From NCBI GenBank assembly GCA_965217865.1, contig CBDCJO010000002.1:2080001-2144000 (forward strand): DNA of 64,000 nucleotides, in the 5' to 3' direction. The position numbers and the translations under genes are program-made. Under the pieces are notes generated by a model. It had not been told where the DNA came from. It searched no databases and saw only the letters and a program-made list of their open reading frames with translations. The stretch is from Candidatus Latescibacterota bacterium. GTDB lineage: Bacteria; Latescibacterota; UBA2968; SICM01. Below are positions 9,254-17,751 of the stretch, one piece after another; position 1 is the first letter of the stretch; the number at the start of each line of letters is the position of its first letter.

Positions 9254-10450
9254 TCAGATCCCCGGGCGATTCTTCGTCCCGTATCCTGTCATTTCCACAT
9301 ACCCCCGGCCGATCCGCTTGCCTCCGGTGTCCTTTACCGACACCGCCCCCTCCCAGTAAAAAAGACCGCCCAGAAGTCTTCCCCGGTTTTCCTGATCCGC
9401 GAGTTCGGGAATCACCTCCAGGCGCAAACCTTCACCCGGGAGATCGATGATCCATCGGGAGGGATATTTCGCCCCGGTCTCAATGCTTACCCAGGTCCTC
9501 GTGACCCGGACGGTGTAGTCCCTCTCCTTCAAATATCGGGTAGATCCCTCTCGGGAGACAACGGTGCCCCGCCCGAAGTCAATCTCACCCGCTTCATCCC
9601 TCAGCAGATAAAGCATCACGTCCCGACCATCCTCCAGTTGGAGACTGAACCAGTCCCAACCCACCTGGTGGTTGCCAAGCTGGTTTGACCCGAATTCCTT
9701 ATCCATCCAGCTCTCGCCCCGAACCCGGATCGTCTCACCTCTCAGGGAAATCGACCCCTCCGTTCCGAGCCTGGTGAAGCTGTAATATTGGCTCGCAGCG
9801 GTCTCCCCTCTCCCTTTCCTGCTGTACCCGTTCGGCCCTTGAAAGACCATTCTTTTCAGCGGCCTGGTGAAAAACTTGAATCCCATTTCCTGACCATCGT
9901 CCCGCATCGCAAATTCGAATCCCTCGCCATTCCATCGAAGGGTCCACCTGCCGTCGGTCCCCACAGGACCGCGGCTCCACGCGATCACCGGCTCCGGATA
10001 TCGATTGAACCCTCCAAGAAACGGGACCTCTCTATAGACGACCTCGCTGAAAAGGTGCCGGCCGCTGGTCAGATCGCTGATGGACGCGTGTCCCATAATC
10101 AGGTTGTGGGCTGCCCAGTCCGAGGAGAGATTCAAAGGCCTTGGCAGGAGCCCGATTCGGAAAAACGTGAACTGGTACCCGAACATCCTGTCCGGGGGCT
10201 GCTCCGAACGGAGATGACCGGTGAAATACCACCACTCGGTCCGGTACCCGGGACGGGCCCAGTGATCCTGGGGAAAAGACCATTCATAGTCAGGCCGGGC
10301 GGGCTTCCATTCCTCTCCTTGGATCTCTTTTTGGGGAATCAGGAACAGGAATAGTGCGGATATAAAAACGAATAACCGGAGAAGGGGAAAAGAGGAATAT
10401 AGAAAACTGAATAGTGCAAATTGAAGGACGCCATCCCATCGCTTTTGCAC
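9254..10450 (-). CDS. AttH/CrtC-like lipocalin-fold secreted protein
   Basis: FPQDH...EWWYFTG, GYQFTFFR, SYY-like QYYSFTRL, WMDKEF, GWDWFSLQL, YWEGAV and GYVEMTGY motifs. Start is uncertain (GTG 10450 or 10501). Confidence 0.8.
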   Translation of the reverse strand: MQKRWDGVLQFALFSFLYSSFPLLRLFVFISALFLFLIPQKEIQGEEWKPARPDYEWSFPQDHWARPGYRTEWWYFTGHLRSEQPPDRMFGYQFTFFRIGLLPRPLNLSSDWAAHNLIMGHASISDLTSGRHLFSEVVYREVPFLGGFNRYPEPVIAWSRGPVGTDGRWTLRWNGEGFEFAMRDDGQEMGFKFFTRPLKRMVFQGPNGYSRKGRGETAASQYYSFTRLGTEGSISLRGETIRVRGESWMDKEFGSNQLGNHQVGWDWFSLQLEDGRDVMLYLLRDEAGEIDFGRGTVVSREGSTRYLKERDYTVRVTRTWVSIETGAKYPSRWIIDLPGEGLRLEVIPELADQENRGRLLGGLFYWEGAVSVKDTGGKRIGRGYVEMTGYGTKNRPGI

Positions 10451-10500
10451 GTGGCCCTCTTGGACCAATTTAATTTGAAATTTATAATTTATAATTCCCA
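10382..10500. repeat. Two opposed degenerate 7-nt tandem arrays
   Basis: aagggga aaagagg aatatag aaaactg aatagtg caaattg, then caattta atttgaa atttata atttata attccca. Confidence 0.5.
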
Positions 10501-10525
10501 CTATCTTTCCCCTCTCATCCGGTCC

Positions 10526-13048
10526 TCAGCTTTCCTTGCTCAATTCCTTTGCTGGAACCTGGCTTGCGCGCAACGCCGGATACAGGCTGGCCAGGACCGC
10601 AGCGGCCAGGATCATGGCGGACTGCTGAAGAATGGGTCCCCAGGTCCAGTGGACCTGGATCGTCCATCCAAAGTAGGCCCGGTTGATAACGAAAATCAGA
10701 ATCATAGCCAGCGCGATCCCCCCTAACAATCCCAGGAATAGACTCAAAAGAGCCATCCCGATTCCCTCCCCGACAAAAACTCCGAAAATCTGACGCCGAC
10801 CTGCTCCAATCGCTCTGTAGAGCGCCAGTTCGGAAATCCTCTCCCTTGCAACAACAAGCAGGTTGAGTGTAATACCGCAAATGGCAATAAGGAGACTCAT
10901 CCCGCGCAGGATCTGAGTGACCGCAAACGTCTGATCGAAGATCGCAAAGATCTCTTCCCGAAGACGACGATTGCTCCGGATCTGTAACGGGAAGTCCGCG
11001 AACCTGTATTTCAGTTCGTCGACCATTCGCTCGGGATCGCGATCCGGATCGAGATACAGCGCCATATTGTTGATAAGCCCGGGCCCGAACCACTCCTCCA
11101 TGGTCCGGATGTCCATCGCAGCCGCTCCCCCCTCCGTTGAATAATCGTAATAGATCCCGGAGATCGGGAAAGAAATCTCCCCTTGCGGTCCGTAAACCGG
11201 CAATCGATCTCCCACTCTCAACCCCCCCTTCCGTGAAAGGGGTTCGCTGATCAAGACCGCCCCTTCCTCCCGCATCATTCTAAACGCATCATCCCGGTTG
11301 CCGGAAAGGAGAGGGAAGCGCACTTCCTCCCCCGGTAGCCCCATCTCTACCCCGCCTAAGAAGATCCGCCTATCCCCGGAATAAGCGAAAAACTGTCGAA
11401 GGCGATCCACGGCCATCACGCCGGGATGAGCCGAAAGCGCAGAAGCCAGATCCGGGTGTAGGGTGGCCTCTCGGCCGGCTCGCATCCAGGATTCAGTTGT
11501 GATGTAGATATCGGCCTGTACCGTAGTCCCTATCCATACCTCAACCGTCCGTCGAAAGCTCCCGATCATTAGCGTGATCCCGATCAACATGCTCACCGCA
11601 ACCGCCAAAGCGGACACAGCAAATGCAGTCGTCTGGAGACGAATCCCCATGCTTTTGAGACTGTAGCCGAAACCAAATCCTCGAACGCGGATCGGACCGC
11701 ATATCCGGTGGATCAAAAAAGGGGTGATCATCGGAGTTCCCAGGAAGACCCCCGTGCCCAACACAAACCCCCCGGGCTTCCAGGTCTTCCCGAAAAACCA
11801 GAACCAGACGCATAAAACCCCAACAAGAGCCCAACCGGATACAAACAGGCCAAACGCAGCGGACCTCACCTTTTCGTGTAGGGTGAAAGGGGCCAGAAGG
11901 GTGCGGGTATCTCTCCTGCTGATGTCCAGGGCGGGGAATACGGCGCCGGCGCTTGCCGCGCCGATCCCGATCAAAGCAGCCATCAAATAAATCCAGGGAG
12001 ACACCCGCAGCGATTCGATTTCGTCCATCACGTAGAGGTTGGTGAGGGTTCCGCTCACAACCTCTACGTTTGCTGCGGCCACCCAGGTGCCAAGTGGCAG
12101 CCCAAGTCCGACACCCACGATGGCGAGAAGAATCACCTCTCCGATGATCAACCCGAACACCTGTTCCCGGGTCGCCCCGGTAGATCGGAGCAGCCCGAAT
12201 TCGGTCCGCCTTCGGATCAAGGCGGCCTGTGTGCTGCTATAGATCAGAAAGGCCGCGACAAAAAGGCTGATAAGGCTTAAAGCCGTCAGATTGAGACGAA
12301 AAGCCCCCAACAACCCCGCTGCCTGGTGCTGACGTTGTTCCGGCGTTAGGATTTGAACCGAAGGACCCAACTTTGTCTTCAGGCGGAGGATCAGGTCATC
12401 GAGTTCCGTGTCTTCCCCTGCCTTGACATCGATCTGGTGGATCTCCCCCGGCATACCCAGAAGACTCTGGGCTTGTGCAATATCCATCACAACCAGCTTC
12501 CGACTGGCAAGAGGGCTAACTTTGTGGAAATCCACCAGAGTTCCCACCGTCAGTCGGGCCGTTCGCGAGCCGCTCGACACCTCCAGGGAGTCTCCGATCT
12601 TCCACCCCATCTCACCCGCGAGTCGGGGTGTCACCGCAACCCATCCGGACCGGCCGAGGGCTTCAGACGGATCCGCAAACCCCCTGTCCCACGGAAGATC
12701 AACAGGAGCGAAGAAATCGAAACCCACCACCTCCAGGAAAAAATCCTCTCGCCCTCTGAGGGCCACATCGATTCGGTAAATCGGCCAGGCTGCGGCAACC
12801 CCTGCTTCTGCCAGGACTTTCGGATAAACCCGTTCTGCCAGCACAGGAGTCCTGCCCAGGATGCTGAAATCCGCATCCCCGCTGATCGCTTTGATTCCCC
12901 CCTGAAACGCGCCCAATGCATTCATGTTGATAATCTGAATGCAGACGACCGATGCAACCCCGAGCGCTACCCCAAATACGCTCAGGAGATAGAGGCTCCG
13001 CCCTTCTTTGAAATGGGAAAACAGCGTTCGAACGAAATAACGGATCAC
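10526..13048 (-). CDS. FtsX/MacB-like ABC transporter permease (AttFG-like, duplicated)
   Basis: 840 aa with two MacB/FtsX repeats; motifs GVALGVA, RRTEFGLLRSTGA and ERISELALYRAIGA. Confidence 0.85.
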   Translation of the reverse strand: MIRYFVRTLFSHFKEGRSLYLLSVFGVALGVASVVCIQIINMNALGAFQGGIKAISGDADFSILGRTPVLAERVYPKVLAEAGVAAAWPIYRIDVALRGREDFFLEVVGFDFFAPVDLPWDRGFADPSEALGRSGWVAVTPRLAGEMGWKIGDSLEVSSGSRTARLTVGTLVDFHKVSPLASRKLVVMDIAQAQSLLGMPGEIHQIDVKAGEDTELDDLILRLKTKLGPSVQILTPEQRQHQAAGLLGAFRLNLTALSLISLFVAAFLIYSSTQAALIRRRTEFGLLRSTGATREQVFGLIIGEVILLAIVGVGLGLPLGTWVAAANVEVVSGTLTNLYVMDEIESLRVSPWIYLMAALIGIGAASAGAVFPALDISRRDTRTLLAPFTLHEKVRSAAFGLFVSGWALVGVLCVWFWFFGKTWKPGGFVLGTGVFLGTPMITPFLIHRICGPIRVRGFGFGYSLKSMGIRLQTTAFAVSALAVAVSMLIGITLMIGSFRRTVEVWIGTTVQADIYITTESWMRAGREATLHPDLASALSAHPGVMAVDRLRQFFAYSGDRRIFLGGVEMGLPGEEVRFPLLSGNRDDAFRMMREEGAVLISEPLSRKGGLRVGDRLPVYGPQGEISFPISGIYYDYSTEGGAAAMDIRTMEEWFGPGLINNMALYLDPDRDPERMVDELKYRFADFPLQIRSNRRLREEIFAIFDQTFAVTQILRGMSLLIAICGITLNLLVVARERISELALYRAIGAGRRQIFGVFVGEGIGMALLSLFLGLLGGIALAMILIFVINRAYFGWTIQVHWTWGPILQQSAMILAAAVLASLYPALRASQVPAKELSKES

Positions 13049-13728
13049 GACGGTTCCAGGATACCACTATGAAGATGCCAGATTTCATCGGCCAGCGAAG
13101 CCAGATCGTGGTCGTGGGTCACATAGATCAGCGTGCTTCCCTCCTCCACGGCCAATCTCAACAGGAGATCCATGACCACACGGGCGTTTGAATCATCCAG
13201 ATTCCCCGTTGGTTCATCGGCCAGGAGCAGCCGGGGTTTGCGAAGAAGCGCGCGGCAGATGGCGACTCTCTGCATCTCTCCTCCGCTCAACTTATGGATC
13301 GCCTCCTTGGATCGTTCGCTCAATCCGACACGTTCCAGCAAACCCACGACCCTTCTTTCAAACTCGGACGGCCGCCCTCCCGCGATCAGTTCCGGGAGGG
13401 CTACGTTATCCTGGACATTCAGGTGAGGGAGAAGGTGAAAAAACTGGAAAACCATCCCGACCGTCTCCCGCCTTTGCAGGGTACGGCCACGGTCCGAGAG
13501 ATCGGCGGTGTTTTTCCCCAGCATCCAGATCTCCCCTCCTGTGGGCAGGTCGATCCCGGCGGCAAGATGCAAAAAGGTCGACTTGCCGCTGCCGCTTCTC
13601 CCGACAATCGCAGCAGTGCTGCCCAGGGAAAAATCGATGGTGATGTCCCTGAGCACCCGGCGGACCCCACCACCGGTTTGATCGTAAAACTTGGAGACAC
13701 CTCGGAACGAAAGGACCGGATCGGACAT
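13045..13728 (-). CDS. ABC transporter ATP-binding protein (LolD/AttE-like)
   Basis: Walker A GRSGSGKST, signature LSGGEMQR, LLADEPTGNLD and VTHD. Confidence 0.92.
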   Translation of the reverse strand: MSDPVLSFRGVSKFYDQTGGGVRRVLRDITIDFSLGSTAAIVGRSGSGKSTFLHLAAGIDLPTGGEIWMLGKNTADLSDRGRTLQRRETVGMVFQFFHLLPHLNVQDNVALPELIAGGRPSEFERRVVGLLERVGLSERSKEAIHKLSGGEMQRVAICRALLRKPRLLLADEPTGNLDDSNARVVMDLLLRLAVEEGSTLIYVTHDHDLASLADEIWHLHSGILEPS

Positions 13729-13834
13729 GGGCGGTGAGATTCTAGGATTTATTCGACGTCTTGTTCGGTTTCGGAGAGGCCCAAGTAGCGGGGTTTGGTG
13801 AAGTTAGAAGGAGGAAATAACCTTGAGGATAGCC

Positions 13835-14779
13835 CTACTCATCCAGACGAAACAGATTCAAGAATCGATCTTCATACACGTTATATAGGTCCCATTTATC
13901 AAGTTCATTCTTGAGCTGGGTCGCTTTCTCCTTGGAACGATTCTTTTGCACTTCTCCAAAAAGTCTTTCGATTTTCTCCATCACATATTGCGGCACTTTG
14001 TCTTCATCCAACTGTTCGAATTCCTCTTCTTCTCCCTCTTCCATTTCCATGCTAGAAAAAGCCGTCTGGATCTTCTCCTCGATCTCTGCCATCGTTTGAT
14101 TCATTTGTTCAACCGCATGATCCATCTCAGCCATATCAACCCGGATCTCAATGATGCTTTCCAACACCTTTACGATTGCCCGCGACGCCTTAAAATTCGG
14201 GATGCCGATGGCATACTGGGGCATTGTGCCCATAAGACACGCAGCTTCTATCCCGCGTATACCCGCGAACCCGAGGATGAGGCCGTTCAATCCGGAGATA
14301 TGGCCCTGTTTTAGGACCTCCACACCGTGAGGAACCAGAGAATCCCTGAGCGACTGCCCGTTGGCAACCCCCATAACCCGAACTTCCTCTCTGTGGCTGA
14401 TCGGCATGGCAAAGGCTGCCCCCGTGTAAATAGTCCTCACCTTAAGCTTCTCTGCGATGTCCAGGATCTGTCCCAACAGAAGAATTCCTTTGTCCCCAAC
14501 GATCTGGGACTCACTTTCGAAGATGATAAGTTCTGGATCCCGGAGATAATAAAAGACGTGGGAGGGAAGTTTCGGCAACTTGGCGATTCCGTCCTCAACC
14601 ATGACCGCTTCGGGTGTGAAATATTCGCTCATATCCACCTCTGCAAAAGCCACCATCCCGAGCTTCCGGCGAAGGTAATCGATCGCCCCCACACCCACGT
14701 TCCCCATTCCCGGCCATCCTGCGAGCAGAATCGGAGACTTCACCTCACCCGATAGGTCCTTTCGCATCTTCAAATTCAT
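13835..14779 (-). CDS. PAC2 family (proteasome assembly chaperone-like) protein
   Basis: LAGWPGMGNVG and GHISGLNGLI...GIEAACLMG motifs, with an acidic coiled C-terminus. Start taken at ATG 14779, which has a GGAGG RBS. Confidence 0.75.
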   Translation of the reverse strand: MNLKMRKDLSGEVKSPILLAGWPGMGNVGVGAIDYLRRKLGMVAFAEVDMSEYFTPEAVMVEDGIAKLPKLPSHVFYYLRDPELIIFESESQIVGDKGILLLGQILDIAEKLKVRTIYTGAAFAMPISHREEVRVMGVANGQSLRDSLVPHGVEVLKQGHISGLNGLILGFAGIRGIEAACLMGTMPQYAIGIPNFKASRAIVKVLESIIEIRVDMAEMDHAVEQMNQTMAEIEEKIQTAFSSMEMEEGEEEEFEQLDEDKVPQYVMEKIERLFGEVQKNRSKEKATQLKNELDKWDLYNVYEDRFLNLFRLDE

Positions 14780-15143
14780 ATCCTTTTCTCCTCCACCGGG
14801 AACCTTGTTGCTCTGCAGAACAACATCTTTCTTTCCACCCTTGGAGTCACGACCGTGGAAGCTTAACCACTCGTCAACATATTCCGGTTTGCCGTCTCCT
14901 GTCAAGTAAAAATATCTCCACGGCTCATACAGGTTATAACGGACGATTATCCTGACTTCAATAAGCTTGCAATCAGTTTCCTGTTTAACCATCTTTATGT
15001 TCAAACCTGATAGGAGTGAAGCCTTTGACTCCTGGACTCCGGCCGATTGACTTCATCCTCGACCCTCTCGTGACCCCTGGCCAATGACCCCTGATTTCCG
15101 GCGGGATGAGGGTGGAAACGGCATCCGTCTCTCACGGTCTACA

Positions 15144-15488
15144 ATGAACCCAGACGACCCCATCGAACTTCCCATCAACGGTGTCTTGGACCTCCACGCT
15201 TTTCACCCAAAGGATATGAAAGACCTGGTTCCCGACTATCTAAGTGCCTGCATGGACCGGGGAATCTTCGACGTCCGTATCATTCACGGAAAAGGGATGG
15301 GAGTCCAGCGACGGAAACTCCACAGTATCCTGAGCCGTATCCCTGAAGTGGTCTCCCATCGTACGGCCGATCTGGACGGGGGCTCTTGGGGGGCCACCCT
15401 GGTGAAACTGGCATCCGTAAAAAAAAAGAAACCCTTCTGGGAGGAACGGTCCTCTAATGACAGAATCACCCGACCAGAGCCTGGTTGA
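15144..15488 (+). CDS. Stand-alone Smr/MutS2 C-terminal domain protein
   Basis: LDLHAF, IIHGKGMG and GGSWGATLV motifs. The true stop may be TAA 15455-15457 if the A9 run at 15419-15427 is miscounted. Confidence 0.85.
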   Translation: MNPDDPIELPINGVLDLHAFHPKDMKDLVPDYLSACMDRGIFDVRIIHGKGMGVQRRKLHSILSRIPEVVSHRTADLDGGSWGATLVKLASVKKKKPFWEERSSNDRITRPEPG

Positions 15489-16228
15489 CATTCTCCAGAA
15501 GGCGAAAAGGATCTTTGATTTTTACGGGCGCAGGCATCTCCACATCCAGCGGGATACCTGATTTTCGCGGACCGCAGGGCGTCTGGAAACGGCGACAGCC
15601 TGTCTATTACCAGGATTTCATGACATCGGAAGAAGCAAGGATTGAGGCATGGGATCAGAAACTTGAAGGATGGGAAGCCTTTCGGGATGCGCGACCGAAC
15701 CAGGTGCACGATGCGATCGCGAATCTGGAAACTTCTGGTTTAATCGAACGGGTCGTCACCCAGAATATCGACGGTCTTCACGCAAGGGCTGGGACCTCAC
15801 CTGAGCGTCTTGTTGAACTCCACGGCACGAACACGGAAATCGAGTGCCAGGCGTGTGGAACCAGAAGTGATCCGGATCCTCACTTTGAATTCTTCAAAAC
15901 CCATCGTCGTTCTCCTCGATGCCCCTGCGGTGGAATCCTGAAGACGGCCACAATCAGTTTTGGCCAGAACCTTCGAGAGCAAGACCTTAACAGGGCGAGG
16001 GATGCCGCAAACCGGGCGGATCTGGTAGTATCCCTGGGATCGACCCTCTCGGTATACCCCGCCGCGTCCTTTCCCCTGATGGCAGCAGAGCGCGGGGTTC
16101 CCTACGTGATCATCAACCAGGGACACACAGAGCACGACGGACATCCCAGGGTAAGCCTTCGTCTTGACGGGGACGTCGTCCACCTGTTCCCCCCCGCGGT
16201 GAAAGCAGCGGTTCAGACCTTTTCTTGA
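15457..16228 (+). CDS. Sir2 family NAD-dependent protein deacylase (CobB-like), with a probable extra T near 15515
   Basis: TGAGISTSSGIPDFRG, TQNIDGLH, ELHG, zinc cysteines CQAC/CPC and GSTLSVYPAA. ATG 15457 gives MTESPDQSLVDILQKAKRI, which joins LIFTGAG if one T is removed. Confidence 0.85.
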
Positions 16229-16271
16229 GCGAACGAAGTGAGCCGAAGGGGGAGGAGCGGTCGTTTCTTTG

Positions 16272-16361
16272 CCCAAGAGTCGAGAACAGTCTCCTGTATT
16301 TTGCTTAAGGAAGATGAAATCTCTTCCTAAATCCTGACTCCTGAATTCTCGATTCTTTGGG
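16272..16361. repeat. 7-nt array bracketed by an inverted repeat
   Basis: ctaaatc ctgactc ctgaatt ctcgatt; CCCAAGAGTCGAGAA pairs TTCTCGATTCTTTGGG. Confidence 0.5.
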
Positions 16362-16367
16362 GGAACA

Positions 16368-17228
16368 ATGTTCAAAAACCTCAACCCAGGTGCTCTGGGG
16401 ATCCAGGCCCCCCTGAAAGAATCAATAAAGCTGGCCGGGGATGCGGGCTTTGACGGGGTGGACATCAACATCGAAGAGGTTTTGGGGATTGCTGATCGTG
16501 CCGGGTTGGATGACATTTGTTCATGGTTTTCGGAATATGAACTCAAACCCGGAGGTTGGGGACTTCCTGTGGAGTGGCGTGAAGATGAAGAATTTTTTCG
16601 GGCGGGTCTGAAAAGGTTGCCCGGACTTGCCCGGATGGGTGAAGCTCTAAACTGCTTCCGTGTTACGACGTGGGTGTTGCCATACTCCGACGAGCGACCG
16701 TACAAGGAACAGTTTGATCATTTGACCGGCCGCTTTCGACGAATCGCTGAGATCCTTCAGGATCACGGCTCCAATCTCGCGCTGGAGTTTCTCGGTCCCA
16801 GGACCTTGAGAACCGGACACAGGTATGAGTTCATACACACCATGGACGGGATGCTTGAACTATGCGAAGCCGTTGGAACAGGAAATGTGGGCCTTCTGCT
16901 CGACGCTTGGCATTGGTACACCTCTCACGGGACCCGCGATGACCTTAAGCGTTTGAATCCGAATCAAATCGTATACGTCCACGTTAACGATGCCCCCCGG
17001 GGAATCACGATCGATGAACAGATCGATCGGGTACGATGCCTCCCCGGCGCAACCCACATAATCGACCTGGTGGGGTTTCTTGCAATCCTGCTCGAAATCG
17101 GTTACGACGGTCCGGTGACCCCGGAACCCTTCAACCAGGAACTTCGGGAAATGCCGGCCCCGGATGCTGCACGGATAACCGGAACCGCCTTGGATGGGGT
17201 ATGGCGTAACCTGGAGCCTGAAACTTGA
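16368..17228 (+). CDS. Sugar phosphate isomerase/epimerase (TIM barrel)
   Basis: LALEFLGP, LLLDAWHWY, VHVNDA, RCLPG and YDGPVTPEPF motifs. Confidence 0.82.
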   Translation: MFKNLNPGALGIQAPLKESIKLAGDAGFDGVDINIEEVLGIADRAGLDDICSWFSEYELKPGGWGLPVEWREDEEFFRAGLKRLPGLARMGEALNCFRVTTWVLPYSDERPYKEQFDHLTGRFRRIAEILQDHGSNLALEFLGPRTLRTGHRYEFIHTMDGMLELCEAVGTGNVGLLLDAWHWYTSHGTRDDLKRLNPNQIVYVHVNDAPRGITIDEQIDRVRCLPGATHIIDLVGFLAILLEIGYDGPVTPEPFNQELREMPAPDAARITGTALDGVWRNLEPET

Positions 17229-17420
17229 ACCGAATTCAGGAATAGACAGAAACGAGCCAAAACATCACCGCCATAGCGATGGCTGGGGATGTCCAGATCC
17301 AGATGAACCTTAAAACTTTCATCTTTGAAGCCCCCTAATAGTGACAACCGCGGTAACCTATCTACATGCTGAAATCACCCTCTATTATTATCAAAGATAT
17401 AATCCTTTTAGAAACAAAGC

Positions 17421-17574
17421 AGTGATCTATATCACTACTATTTAATTTTATTTTAATGTAATATATATTACATAGTCTTCTGTTCCGTTCTCTCTTGATG
17501 TTTTCCTACATCCGATCCTATGCGAGATGATGGAAGGAGTCAACGGCGATTTAGACCCATCCTGCCGTTGACTC
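17421..17574. promoter_or_regulatory. Three palindromic candidate operator sites upstream of gmaS
   Basis: AGTGAT-N4-ATCACT (17421-17436), perfect 18-bp ATGTAATATATATTACAT (17456-17473), and perfect 11-bp inverted repeat GAGTCAACGGC-N16-GCCGTTGACTC (17537-17574). Confidence 0.5.
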
Positions 17575-17640
17575 AGGTTTTGGGTGATATTTCGTCCATT
17601 TCAGGGGCGTGATTCTTTTCTTCAGGAGAAATAATCCCCC

Positions 17641-17669
17641 TTGACAAGCACAATACGTCGATATATCAT
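17641..17669 (+). promoter_or_regulatory. Sigma70-type promoter of the gmaS operon
   Basis: TTGACA-N17-TATCAT. Confidence 0.65.
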
Positions 17670-17751
17670 TGATTCCCGCTGCCCAACCGCGAAATCTGGG
17701 CTTCTCTCCCTCCCTTTCTTTCCTTCTCGATTCTTTTCGAAGGAGTTCCTT

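Noticed and set aside
14860-14910. GGCAAACC on the minus strand suggests a c-di-GMP-I riboswitch
   Set aside because: No GAAA-capped stem or GCAAAG follows. The stretch fits better as a spacer in a TTGACA...TATGTT promoter.
15457-16228. Sirtuin as an anti-phage SIR2 effector
   Set aside because: It has the zinc-binding subdomain and full deacylase motifs of housekeeping sirtuins, and there are no defence partners nearby.
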